Position numbers and translations under genes: made by a program
In this document: positions 50,436 through 64,000 of the stretch, piece after piece
Layout: each line of letters begins with the position of its first letter
Position numbering within the stretch: the first letter of the stretch is position 1
Notes under the pieces: generated by a model
Seen by the model: the letters and a program-made list of their open reading frames with translations, nothing else
Databases searched by the model: none
Told to the model about the DNA's origin: nothing
Origin: Chrysomallon squamiferum
Taxonomy: Eukaryota > Animalia > Mollusca
NCBI GenBank assembly: GCA_012295275.1
Contig: CM022679.1
Location: forward strand, 22,692,001-22,756,000
Reading direction: 5' to 3'
Length of the DNA stretch: 64,000 nt

Positions 50436-50826
50436 GATAGATTGATGCATACAGTGATAGGTAGAGGGAGGAAGAGGTGGGGGGAGTGTTTCTATTTCAA
50501 GCAGTATGTGGAATTGTAAGTAGCGTCTGTATAATGTTTATTTATTAGGGTAAAGTATAACAGTAAATATATTTTTGACGAAATTAACCGAAACCTTGTT
50601 ATTACGAAATAACACGGATATTACTGATTAACAGTTGATTAAATTTTCAAATTCAAAATGAAAACAACAAACAAATTAAAAAAGAAACCTACTGTTTAAA
50701 ATATTCAAAAATTGTAATAAATACCATAGAAAAAGAAGTATTTTACAAAATATTATAGATCAAAACCAAAAGACCCCCAATATAATGAAATGTTTATTTA
50801 TTTATTTATTTATTTATTTCTCTTTT

Positions 50827-50860
<34 letters not shown>

Positions 50861-50939
50861 ATTATTATTATTATTTTATTTATTCATCTTTTTTTATTCA
50901 TCTTTTTTTTTTAAATAATTTTTTTTATTTTTTTTTTAA

Positions 50940-51950
50940 TAAAAGATCTTTCCCTGTAAAGACCTACTTCGCAGAAAGTTAACACTTTCACACCAAACGT
51001 AACAAAAAACACATGCGTCTTCAGCCGTCGCAGCAAAATCCATAGAAACGATCAGCACATATGCTGCCAGACCGCCGTACGTCTGGTTTCTACTTCGGAA
51101 TTCGATTAACAGCCTGATGCACTCGAAACAAATTAAAACGTAAATATTGCACGATCGAGACGGTGAAAAACGAACGCGCCGAGGCCACCACACATTGTGT
51201 GTGTGTTAGGCCGCACCTGGCGTGTTACCAATCGGAACAGCATACGTCCTTAATTTAGTTAAATCGGCAAACGTTCAGCCGAGGATATGATCGCATTAGG
51301 ACGTGATCGCTGCAAAGCTATCCATTTTAATTAACGTATTCTTTAACGCATTAACGAGATTACTTCCCCCCATTCGACGTCCGTGCATTATGCTCGGAAC
51401 TGCCCGAGCGTCTCTCTCTCTCTCTCTCTCACAGCAAAATCATCTGGAAATTTGCGGGCTGGAGGAGGGGAGGGGGGCGTGGGAGTGAGGAGGGAGAGAG
51501 AGAAAAAAGGCTCTTCAGCAATTTATTGCCATAAGCCGTAGCTAATGAATTTCCAATTTCCAACATCATTCCGAAAATTGATACAAACATTCTGCTTCGT
51601 TAGCGTCGTCGTAAATCTGGCGAGATGGAGCAAAGCATATTCGCCGTTACGGCGACCGTACTGCTTTTACGCGAGCTCGCTTTATTGAATTGCGCCACGC
51701 AGGCTGGAGAAGAGTGCGGAGATTATTGCGCCTTGATTGGACGTTAAGGCCCCGGCCACAAGTCCGTTGCCAGTCACATTACTCATCCGCGTTTTTTTTT
51801 TTTTTTTTTTCGACTGAAATTGCTCGACGGACGACTTGCTACGTGCAGTTGTTAATGCAGTGGACATGCGGGACAGATAATTCCGTTTTGAAAGATAAAT
51901 TGAGCTTCAAAATAAAAGTGTCGTATTGTGAAGGATGGGAGAGAGAGAGA
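50940..51950 (+). promoter_or_regulatory. Putative PRDM8 promoter / 5' regulatory CpG-rich island
   Basis: About 1 kb of CpG-rich non-repetitive sequence 0.8 kb upstream of the first coding exon, with CCAAT (~51228), ATTGG (~51736), E-box CATCTG (51441) and a purine-rich tract. No convincing ORF. Confidence 0.5.
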
Positions 51951-52146
51951 TGATAGCGTTTTGTTTTAACTGTTTGTTTGGGGGTTTTTTTGTTGTTGTT
52001 GTTGTTGTTTTTTTTATTTGATTTATATCGTTATGATGATGATATTGATGACGATTATTGTTGTTGTTGTTGTTGTTGTCATTATAATAAGTAGTATGAG
52101 TATATCTTCTTTTTGTTTATTTATTTTTATTTATTCATTCATTCAT

Positions 52147-52192
<46 letters not shown>

Positions 52193-52397
52193 GCGTGTGT
52201 GTGAGAGAGAGAACTTTGTTTTCTGGGAAGAATGTACATTATTCTTATGTTTTTCTTGCTATTATTGTTTTTCTGTTTTCATTTACTGAGAATATTTCCA
52301 CTATTAAATTTGTAAACAAACCAAAACCCCATACAAAAAAAAAAACATATATATAGTGCAAAATGAAATTGTCTGTTAAAAAATGTCTAAACATAAT

Positions 52398-52510
<113 letters not shown>

Positions 52511-52781
52511 CATCATCATCGTTTTCATCTTCATTATTATTATTATTATTGTTGTTGTTTTTATTATTATTACAATTACTATTATTATCATTGTTGTTGT
52601 TGTTGTTTTTATTGTTATTATTATTATTATTACATATATTCTTTTTTTAGGGAAGCGGGTGAGGTTTTATCTTTATGATCATTATAAAAAAAATATATAA
52701 TAGTATTCCCGTAGGTTTAATCTCAGTAATTTATTGTTAAATTTTATTAAATTTCAGCCGACTGTCTGAAGGAAGCGCACA

Positions 52782-53399
52782 ATGGGTGTTATTACTGTGA
52801 CGGACATTAATTATGGTCAGATCTTTGGTCCTTTTCCTTCTCATCTGGCCATGGCTGACCCAGTGAATTTGATCGCTTCACTGACCAATGACAAACGCCA
52901 GGAAGGGGTCATCCTGAAGGTAAAGACATTTGTTTATGCTCTGTTTCCAGATACGGATTATAAATCATGATATAACACATCTTACGTGGAAAACAGAATG
53001 TATGTAGAATTTTTGCTGGTAGAGGGTTATCTAATAAAATAAAATGTAATGCAGAATACTTTGGTGATACAGGTTTTAAATATTAAAGATATGAGTTCAA
53101 AAATAATCTTACGAAAAGCTTAAAAAAATCACTTTGTTTTATCGTTTGTATGATTATATGTAGTTCAAGTTTTGTGGTGAGAATTTGTCATAGAAATAAT
53201 TCATGTACACTGTTATTATTGTTATTATATTTGTTGTTGTTGATGTTGCAGTTATTATTGTCATCATCGCTATTTATTCATTCATTTTTGCTTTATTTTT
53301 TATTATTATTTTCAGAATTTTAAAGAATATTTGTTATCTCATTTATTTATTTTCTTGTTTATTTTTCTTTTTTTCATCATCATAAATATTGTTATTAAA

Positions 53400-53480
<81 letters not shown>

Positions 53481-54014
53481 ATTATTATTAAACTTTTTAT
53501 TATTAATTTATTTTATTTTATTTATCTTTCGGCAATTTTTTGTTTTATTTTTTTTGTCTTAAGTTTCTTTCTCTGACTGCGTTCAACATGCTACGTATTT
53601 TACTATCAGAAACCTTAATAACGTTATGTGCCATGATATGCTTATCATTCATTCATCCCTGTTGTTTTCTTTTCTTCCAGGTGGATCCGATAGAAAGAAA
53701 GGAAGGTATAAAAGCCGTGGAATGGCTGCCATACATTCACCCAGCTCGAAATGAGGAGGAACAAAACATGGAGGCCTATCTGAAGGAAGGTCACGTGTAC
53801 TTCCGGTCTCTGAGAATCATACGCGCGGCCGAGGAACTACTTGTCTGGTTCAGTAAAGATTTCTGTCAACTACTCAACATACCAGAACTTCCCAGACACA
53901 TCGACAAAGGTAAACAGCAGTTATTTTATTTTTATTTTTATTTTTATTTTTTTTTTTTTTTTTTTTTTTAATTTTTAAGTTTTTAATTTTTTTTTTTTTT
54001 TTTTTTATTTATTA

Positions 54015-54065
<51 letters not shown>

Positions 54066-55857
54066 TACTACTACTATCATTATTATTATTATTTCTTAAT
54101 GTTATTTTTTTATTTAATTTTATTTTATTTAGTTCATTTTTAGTTTTACTGTTCTTTACTTTCATTACTGTTTTTATTTTTACTTTTATTATTCTTTAAT
54201 TTAATTTCATTTTGTTTTATTTATTTATTTTTTTTATTGTTTATTTTATTTTTAATATTATTTTAACTTTATTTTATTTTATGTCGAACCTATCATATGG
54301 ATCACAACGAATATTATTCGATTTACTGTCTATAGTAATCGACACAATGGTCGATATTTATCTGCCAATTTCATCTAATCGAATTAATCGTTATTCAAGT
54401 TATGATGATACTCTTTTAATTTTTACTTTCTTCAGTATTAAAATTATTTCATTTATTTATAAGGTAAAATTTATCTATTCTTCTTTAATATTTATTCTGA
54501 AATTTCATAATAAGCCACAAGACATTACTTTCAGCCTTTAGACTCTTTTAACCACATCATCCTTCTAAATTAGTTATTTGTGTTTTTACGTTCTTATTAA
54601 CGCCATTCATCTCCCAGTTTACTGTTTACAATACCTCTGTATTACATTGCAGACGAAGACTACATATGTCAGAGATGCGGAGAAGTGTTCGAATTTCCAT
54701 TCCCCATGCGAGCTCATCTCAAATTCAAATGTGCTTACAACACCTCCGTCTTCAACCCGTCGGTCGTCAGCCTGGCAAGGAAACGCCCTGGCAACCAGAA
54801 GGAGCCGCCGGCCGTCGTCGACAACAACAACCATTCCAACGACGACGACGCTCCCAAGATTTCCGAGAGTCACAAGGAACTGAGAGGAGAGGATGTCGTG
54901 TCCGCGTTCAAAACGTTGTCCGACCAAAACGAGGAGAGGCATTTCCACGAGAGGGGCAGGAAGCGCCCGGCGAGCAGGGAGCAAGGGGCGGGGCAGTACA
55001 ACGGAGACAGGGAAGGAGGCTCGGAGGGCCAGGACTTGACGAAAGACACGCCGACCAAACACATTCAGCTGCATCCGGGTCTCTGCGACCTCTCGCCGAG
55101 GTCAAGCGACGCGAGTGCTTTCAAGAAGGTGAGGAAGTCTCAGTCCCCGGTGAAGGAGAGTTTGAGCTCGAGGTCTCAGGTTCACGCCGCGTTGTCGGAT
55201 CCAGTGATATCGGGTCTGAAACACTCGGCGGCGTCTCACAACGGCGTTTCCGAAGCCGTCGTGGTCGGCAGTGCGGCTGCGGTTCCGATGCACCACGAGG
55301 ACGTTCTGCATCAGCACATGTTTAACCTGTACATGCCGAGGCTGGCGCTCTTACCGCCGCCGAACCTTTCACGGAACCTCACGAACACCTCTCTCTATTC
55401 GGCCGATCCCATGACGACGCAAGGGCTGGGTGACGTCATGCAGGGGTCGATCGCCCGGATGCCCGGACCTCTCACCGAACGATTCATAAACACTAAGCTC
55501 AAACCGACGGAGCCTGAACCATTCTCGAAACAGATGATACTGTTCGACAGAATGAACATGAACATCCCGTTCATGAAACACCACAATCCCATGGTGGACT
55601 GCATAGTGAACACGGGAACTAATCCCACGCTGATGAATAATCCCAGGCACGCAATGAACTTGTCTCAGAACTGGTGCGCCAAATGTAACGCCTCGTTCCG
55701 GATGACCAGCGATCTCGTTTACCATATGAGATCTCACCACACGCGAGAGTTCGATCCAGCCAAAAAGAAGAGAGACGACAAATTGAAGTGTTCCGTTTGT
55801 AACGAGACTTTCCGAGAACGACACCATTTGACACGTCATATGACGTCACACCAATAA
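52782..55857 (+). CDS. PRDM8: PR/SET domain zinc finger protein 8 orthologue (523 aa, 3 coding exons)
   Basis: Exons 52782-52919, 53681-53909 and 54653-55857 (GT-AG, phases 0 and 1). PR domain: GVITVTDI..GQIFGP...DKR...WL....ARNEEEQNMEAY.K.G..YFRSLR.I...EELLVWF. C2HC finger: YICQRCGEVFEFPFPMRAHLKFKC. The C-terminal C2H2 pair QNWCAKCNASFRMTSDLVYHMRSHH...LKCSVCNETFRERHHLTRHMTSH matches the PRDM8/ZNF488 signature as I recall it. Confidence 0.95.
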
Positions 55858-56148
55858 CGTTAACTAAACCCAGTGCAGCGCCATCTAGTCAGATTTGTAT
55901 TTCGGAGTTTGATACAGTACGAAAACAGCATTATTTGAATCTGTTCATGTGATAAAAACATTATTAAACTGAGAAAGACAGTTAGAAAATTGTATGATTT
56001 GTATCATTACACATTATCATTATATTTTGACACTACAGTATTACATTAGGTTTATTAACTTTAGATATTAGTCCTGTTGTGCAGAACGTAAATAGATAAT
56101 AAATTAATCATGATTAGAAACATGTATTATTATTACTACTAAAAATAC

Positions 56149-56202
<54 letters not shown>

Positions 56203-57584
56203 TACTACTACTACTACTACTATTATTATTATTTGAAATTTTTAAAACGGTTTTCTTTTGGTCTCATATTTTACGTGGTTGAAAAACTATATGTTAGTAG
56301 TATACGAAATGAATGAATAAAAAAAAAAACTCTTTTATGATATTGTTAACAAACCTAATTTATTAGTACATTAATATAAATTTCAGAAACAATTATACTA
56401 AAGAGATGAGCGTAACAAATGAATATATATATATTTTACTTTAGTATAAATCTAGAATACTAATTAAATAATATTAATACTCCTAGTATAAATACTATTC
56501 TCATTATTACCTCTACTGTTAATATTGCTACTATTACAGCTACTGCTGTTATTGTTAGTGATACTATTATTATTACTACTACTACTACTACTACTACTCT
56601 ATTACTACTATTACTTATTCTTCTCCTATCGTTAAAACTATTACTGTTACCAGTGCCACTACTACTACTACTACTACTACTGCTACAACTTTTACTTCTA
56701 CTACGACTTCTACTATTGCAATCCAAACTACTACCACCATTTTGTATAACCGTTACCGCTAAAACTAATATTTAAATCATCATAGACAACCAGAAACAAA
56801 AGATATATAATGTGTTTACTTGCTGATAGTTTAAATTTTATTTCATTAATCGATAGTTTATTTTAGATATAACTAATACCAGTTTGTATAATCTGGGTGG
56901 GAATGGGTGGGGTTGTCGTTTTCATCGTCTTGTCCACCCACATCTGTGTATGTACCCATACTGTGTCTCTAGTTAACCGGCAAAGTATACTGTCAAACCG
57001 TGTTTTCTGTTGAAATAAAATGTTTATCTTTAATGTGTGTGTGTGTGTGTCTTTCTCTTTTATTCGTGTAGTCTTAGAATGCATTAAAAAGTTTAAATTT
57101 CATAAATTATATTGGTTTGAGAGGACATTTCAATAGAATTTGAATACTAGCTGTTATTAGGCATTATGTTAGACTTATGTTACTTACCGAAATACTGTAC
57201 CAACTTTTGATTCATAAAAACACGTAAATCATTCCTCGCCTGTTTAGTAGATTTCAAACTTTCTTCTTATTATTTTTTAATTTCTTTTTCTTGTTTATTT
57301 CTTTTCTTTTCTTTATTTTTACATTGTTTTTATATATTTAATAATTAATTTCATAACTGTTATTATTAATAGTGTCATAGTTATTACAACTATTACCACA
57401 ACTACTACTACTATTACTACTACTACAACTACTACTATATCTGCTACCAATACTATTGAATCTCACGCATTTTAACGACTGTTAATTTGAAACAAATTTT
57501 TTATATAAAATATTTGATGTTCAATAACAGCAATGAACACACGATGGCCTTTTATACACCAGTTACGGGTTACTGGCTAGATTG

Positions 57585-57670
57585 GAAAATATCCCAACGG
57601 ATGAGCCGCGGTGATTTGAACCTGCGACCTACAAAGCCTCAACCTTACTTACCATCTAACAGCTGAACTT
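57585..57670 (-). mobile_element. Possible tRNA-derived SINE head fragment
   Basis: The minus strand reads AGGTCGCAGGTTCAAATC (57630-57613), a Pol III B-box / tRNA T-arm motif. No complete cloverleaf; an (ATT)n tract lies adjacent. Confidence 0.4.
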
Positions 57671-57678
57671 GAAACCCA

Positions 57679-57738
<60 letters not shown>

Positions 57739-58517
57739 GTAGCTATTAAATGAAAAAAGCCAGCATAAGCTATACAATAACACACGTCTAGTACTTGTAT
57801 GATGAAGTTACTGTATTTCCAAGTCGACAGGCGGCAATGCAAATGGAGCGCACTGGGACAAATTCTGACAATTCTATGACATATAATGTTCAGTTCAGTT
57901 TTACTAAACTCTGCAGATGGTAAGTTAAAAACGAAAGAAAAAGTCTCCAGCGGCGGTAATTGTGGTCTCTTTTTTGTATCATCAATAATATTAACACTGT
58001 TTAGAGACCATAACGTTAAATAGATACATTCTAAAACTCGAGCTGTGTCGCTATGAATTATTCATAGAATATATTAATGTGATCCGGCTAAGATGGGGAT
58101 TCTCTTTGTTGCGGTCGAATTAGTCAGTCAGAGGAAGCCGTTTTTCGTTCCAGTGACCACACAAGTACGCCTCTCCTGGCACATAATTAGGTGTTCTTTG
58201 ATAGTCTACCTACAAGTAGCTTTAGTGTTAGAGAGAAAAAAAAAATTGTGTATTAATCTTATAGCTAGCTATCTAACATAAGTCTGTTAGAAGCCTCTAG
58301 CGGGATCCGAATTCGTTAACGAATCGTTTTAAATCCGCTTGTTTATCCACAGTGATAGACAACCATAGCAGATATTCCTGCAGTTAGTGAATATGACTTG
58401 GTAGTTTTGTATTAAAATTATTGTATTTGACTTCGTGGCTATTTCACTGTATGCGTGAGTGCATTGAGTGTTTGTGTATTATTTTTATTCTGTATCTTTT
58501 AATCATTAAAATAGATT

Positions 58518-58598
<81 letters not shown>

Positions 58599-59651
58599 TG
58601 CGTCTTTGTATTCAATCTGCATTTCATTCTCAAATCTGTCTTCTTCCACATTCATTCTTTTTCATCCCAGCGACAAAGAAAAATAAAATCTGGTTACTGT
58701 TTCCTTTGCCGCTTGATTATAGTCATCCACCCCATTCCAAACAGCTCTCTTTATCCGGCAAACAACTTTTATAATCTCATTTGCGATCAAACCATATCGG
58801 CTGCTCGTTAGGAAAATACAGCACCAGTTGTCGCCCTTTGTAGTGGCGCCGTTTGATGGTTGATCTTGACAGTTTGTCCTTTGACGGCGCTGATTGTCGA
58901 CAAACTCCGTGTTCCGCAATCGACAATAACAACTGTATCGCGTGCTCGTCATCTTAATTACCATTGGTAACCGGGACTCTGCTTTACGCTTACGGCAAAA
59001 AAAAAAAAGAAAAAGAAATATGAACAGATTACGTCGCAGGGAATTAGCTACGAACATAAGGGAGAAACTTAACACAGTGTCACGAGGGTCACTTTGATTA
59101 ATTTGCGAAATTACATGACGTTAGCGCGACCATCTGGGTGTTTGATTAACACAAAACCCGGGGACTGTGCTTTTTGCAAAACGCACGAACGACGGCGCGT
59201 GCCGTTTTGACGTCGCGCGCGCTCTCCCCGTGCGCGCTGTTTTTTTTTTTTTTTTTTTTAGAGCGTGTGTGTTCCATTTTACGCAAGTGCCCGACATCTC
59301 ATTCTGTTTGAAAAAAAAATGTTTTTAACGGCTGTAATAAAACTAAGTTGACGTCTAAATTGAATGGGATTGTTTCACACTTCATAAAATTTAAACACAA
59401 TAAAAACCTGAACAGTTCAACTGTAACGAATGAGGGTGGAGAAAAAAACAACGCCAAAAGAACAAGTTTTCAGAAATCTGTTACTGAAAAAAACAAATCT
59501 TGTTTTATTCAACTAATTGTTATTGTATCGAATTAAATATTTTTTTTTCTTTATAAAATTTAATTTATAACTAACAGCAAATAACCAACAACATGTTATG
59601 TATTAGATTTTTAGTTTATCATTAGATAAACTTTTTTCATGTTTATTCTTT

Positions 59652-59731
<80 letters not shown>

Positions 59732-60978
59732 TGTTCCTTCATTTGTTATTATGTATTTGGGTAATCAATATCTTGCAAAGCCCATCTAGTTTATGACGTT
59801 ATAATTCATTAGAATATATTAACATAAGGACACAAATGAACACACTCACACACACACACATACATACACACTAGCCTTCATTTTTAACACATACAAAAGA
59901 ACAGTTATATAAAATGACTTTTGCACTCATACTCAAACGCGTTCATTATAAGATAAAACACAATGATAAAACAGTGGCTAAAAAAAAACTCTCATGTATA
60001 CACACATATTCACATAACTTCTTAAAAATGAAATACTCAGATATTTTTTTTTTTAAAATGACTTTCCGGGGAGAACTGATGAAACTCGGCAATCATTTCC
60101 TTCTTATTAACCTCATTTAATTTTTCGTTCGTTTTTAATTTCCTCCCCGTTTGTTCCCTGGACACTTAGCCATCTTCATCTGTAGTCATCATACCCACCT
60201 TCTGCGGTTAGCAGATATTAAATATTAACATATTTACGTATTAACGTTCCCTCCCACGAGTCCGACAGCTACGTAGGATGCATGCTAACAAGACGACGTA
60301 GACGACGTAGTCTTCTATACATGCAAAACAACGGACAAGTGGGACGTTCATTAAAATCTCCACTTTCCGCACACCAAAACCTCATTGTACTGACCATCGC
60401 CAGTTTCGGACTGACAGCTGGTCACTTTGTTATTGTAATAGAAATGTGACCGCAGATCCTAGCCTTTCATTTCAGCAGTCCCCCGGGTTGGCCACTCATC
60501 GCTCGGACTATGGAAATATTTGTTTTGAAAATTGAGCAAGAACTGGAGTTACCAGCAAATGATGATTGCTTCCGGGGTACCGCCTCGAGAACAGTGCATA
60601 TGCAGTCATTAAGTTCTTGCGCCGAAGCACTTTGCCTAGCAGACGGCTTTCCGTACCTCCCACTTATGGCCCAGTAATGGTCAGGTAATTAAGATACAGA
60701 CAGACGAAGAATATGAAAGTTTATAGTGTATTTAGCACAAGTGCAAATTTCAGCGGGCTTAGTCCGAATCAATTCTCGCGTGTTCTGCTGGCATTCAGAG
60801 AGGACGGGCGGTTAATGTGTTTAAAAAGTTCTGATAGCGTGAAACAGAAATAGAAGTTTGTGTGAGCGATGCAGTGAAAGAAAGTGTTCATGTTATTTAT
60901 TCTCGGTTTTACTAGTTTTTCTCTTGTGTGTTACTGATTTCTTTTTCTTCTTCTTGTTTATTTAGATTTGTTTGTGAG

Positions 60979-61042
<64 letters not shown>

Positions 61043-61945
61043 TTTTATTTTTTATTATTATTATTTTTATTTTGTTTTCCTTCATTTTCTTTCTTTCTTT
61101 CTTTCTTTCTTTCTTTATTTATTTATTTATTTATTTGTTCATGTATTTATATTTATTCTTATTTATTTTCTAATATTTTTTTTTTTTTTTATTTTTTATT
61201 TTTTTATTTCCTTTGCTCTGTCTTATCTTATATAATTAAATGCATTTTCTTTCTTTCTTACTCTCTGTAAATATAACAACAGACAGAAATGTATTGTATA
61301 AATGAAAACATACATTAATAATTTTTAGATTATTTCTGTATTTTGGCAGTGACATAAGATTTTGAATAAAACATCTTCTTTTATTCGTTTTATTTTTATT
61401 TATTTTTAATTGTTTTTTATGGTATGGTATTTGATGATTTAAGTTTATTTTTTGGGTTTTTTTAAACCTTTTATCTTTTTATTGATTTAATCTTTTTTAT
61501 TAGTTTTACTCGTGTCTTTATGTGTGTTTACAATAATAAAAATAATGAAAACATATTTCTGTTTATAATGTATTATTATCAAACATTTATTATAAGAATT
61601 ATTAAATATATTGAAATGTTTCAATAACAAAGAAAATAACGTTGTAATTTATATTAATTTATCTACACGTTTTTAGCACGATTATTTATTTATTTATTTA
61701 TTTATTTGTTGGTTTTTGGTTTGTTTATTTATTTGTTTGTTTGTTTGTTTGTTATTTTGTTTTATTATTTATTTAATCACTTGTTTATTTATTTTAATCC
61801 TTCTGGTTGTATTTCGTATTTTCATAAAGAACAAATGAAAGACTTTCTAAAATATGAGAAAAATCAAGACAAATAATAAAAATTAATGCTTGAAAGAAAA
61901 AGAAAATATAATGAAAAAATTTATTATTTAATACCTCTATTTCAC

Positions 61946-62011
<66 letters not shown>

Positions 62012-62666
62012 TAAATAATAATAAGAAGAGAAAAAGAAAAATGAATGAAAGAAAGTAAAGAAAATCAAAAAGAAAAAAATATATTTGTCAGATTAATGGA
62101 CAAATGGTAATAATATATTACCTACTGATCAGTTTCATATATTAAAAACAGTAATAAAGAGTTTTAACACGAAACAAAATAACAAAAATGTAGATTCATA
62201 GTATCAAACAGATGTGGAATATAATGATCATTTAACATTTTAAAAATAATGATTTTCATTAAAATTTAAAAAGCATAATTAATAATAATTTCAAACTTTC
62301 TTTGTCGTTACATATGTACATGTTTATTGATTTTCTTTTTCTTTTTCTACGTACAAATTTAATTACACTTTAGATATTAAAAAATATAAAAAATAAAGAC
62401 TACTGAGAAAAAATAAAATAGTATTATTATTTTTTTATTAAATGTCTTATTATTTAATATAGTTTTGGTAGGGCAGTCACATTCTCATAAAATGTCTATG
62501 CAAGAATGAAAATCTATTCTTGAATGTCATAGTTCATAATCTTTTTTTTAATGTCAGAAGTTCATTTAGGGAATGTGCAGTTTAAAAAATAAATCTGAGA
62601 AAAAAATAAAAAAAAAAATAAAAAATATTAAATGAAGTAGAACAGCAACAACGTCAATAATAATTA

Positions 62667-62759
<93 letters not shown>

Positions 62760-64000
62760 TTCTATTACTACTATTATTATTACTTTTACTATGCTACGAT
62801 TACTATTATAAATATTACGACTACCACTATTATTATTATTATTATGATTATGATTTCAGACGTAAAATTAAATTACTATTCTGCTCTCGTTATTTCCGTA
62901 TGTCTTCAACGTCTCTCTAACTCGCCCTTTTCCACGCCATCTCGTCACCTCTCTCCCTTTTTTTTTTTTTTTTTTTTTTTCTGTTTTTTTCTTTTCTAGT
63001 CATTCAATATTCAATAAACACAAAGTGACTTATTATATTTTAAGCCATGCACAAAGTCTGGATAATGCTTGCAACAGCAATAAAAGTCACGGTACGTCTT
63101 AGCGCCGTTGTCTGTAATAACATCATCGCTGTCGTTGCGACACATTACGTTCGACAGGCGACCGGTTAGGTTTTACGAGAGAGTCTTTTGTTTTAAAGCG
63201 ATCGTTAACATACAATAAGTCCGCGCTGTGGGGAATCCATCAAAACGCCGAACAAGGCGAAAAGACAACAGTATTGATCAGAAATGATAACCAACTCCCC
63301 AGAAACAAAATCCTGCCATTAGCAAACGGCCAACGGGGGTTATATTTATTCAATGATTTATCCCCAAATTACTTCCCGATAGATCTAATGCAGTCTGCTA
63401 AAATTGAATAACTTGCAGGGTGAATTCACCCCTGCGTCTTACGCGGATGATGGTCGGGCGAAATATTATGCAGTCGATCACTTCCCATCACTATTATTCG
63501 AGTTGATTCGCTAAGTGTCGCCATTATGAATGATAAGCTTAATACCGCCAGACATGAACCGCTGCTTTTAGTATCAAACGGCAGTTTTCGCAACACCGGT
63601 TCCCCGAAGACAGACAGCGATTTGCAAACGTAAAGTAATTACCGCTTGCTATGGAAGCGTCTTCCCTCGCTTCTATGTTCTTTCGGCGTTAATGGCTGTT
63701 GGCTTTCGATGACCCTTTCACGAGATGTTGTGTTTGTTTTCGTCAAATTTTTCTAATATGTTCCACTAATAATGCAAATTGAGGTTATTGCCGCGTAAAG
63801 GAATCTGTATTTTTTTTTTTTATTATTTTTTTTTTTTTCTTTATTTTCTCTTTTTAATCGTCGAATTGATGGCGTGGAATTGTGTCTGAATTTACAATCG
63901 AGAATTATTTGAAGTTATGCCACCATCAAAATAATTTCCCGATACAGTGATTCTGACAGTTTATTATGTAATGGTTATTTAGATTAAGGCCTTCCAGTGC

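Noticed and set aside
54578-55849. Overlapping alternative-frame and antisense ORFs in PRDM8 exon 3
   Set aside because: Expected shadows of a GC-rich coding exon; only the 54653-55857 frame has zinc-finger homology.
57585-57670. Functional tRNA gene
   Set aside because: Only a B-box/T-arm motif is visible; no acceptor stem or complete cloverleaf.
62665-62760. (AAT)n(ATT)n palindrome as a hairpin RNA
   Set aside because: Simple juxtaposed microsatellites, common throughout this window.

Overview
AT-rich, microsatellite-dense eukaryotic genomic DNA from an invertebrate animal (lophotrochozoan/mollusc-like by impression only). Almost all ORF-track entries are simple-repeat artefacts. Reading splice sites by hand gives three well-supported + strand genes. 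(1) An 86-aa signal-peptide / Ser-Thr-rich / GPI-signal mini-mucin (6582-7902). (2) A 25-exon, ~1,025-aa adhesion GPCR (17764-35572) with EGF-like, pentraxin, HRM, GAIN, 7TM and PDZ-motif architecture, whose GPS lacks the HL/T cleavage triad. (3) A clear PRDM8 orthologue (52782-55857) set among non-coding unique-sequence islands. A weaker minus-strand His-rich/acidic gene candidate lies at 13664-15664. The most unusual signal: five introns of the adhesion GPCR each end in a different minisatellite built from tandem copies of that intron's own 3' splice region. The functional acceptor is always the last copy, and most upstream AG-bearing copies I traced give stops or frameshifts.
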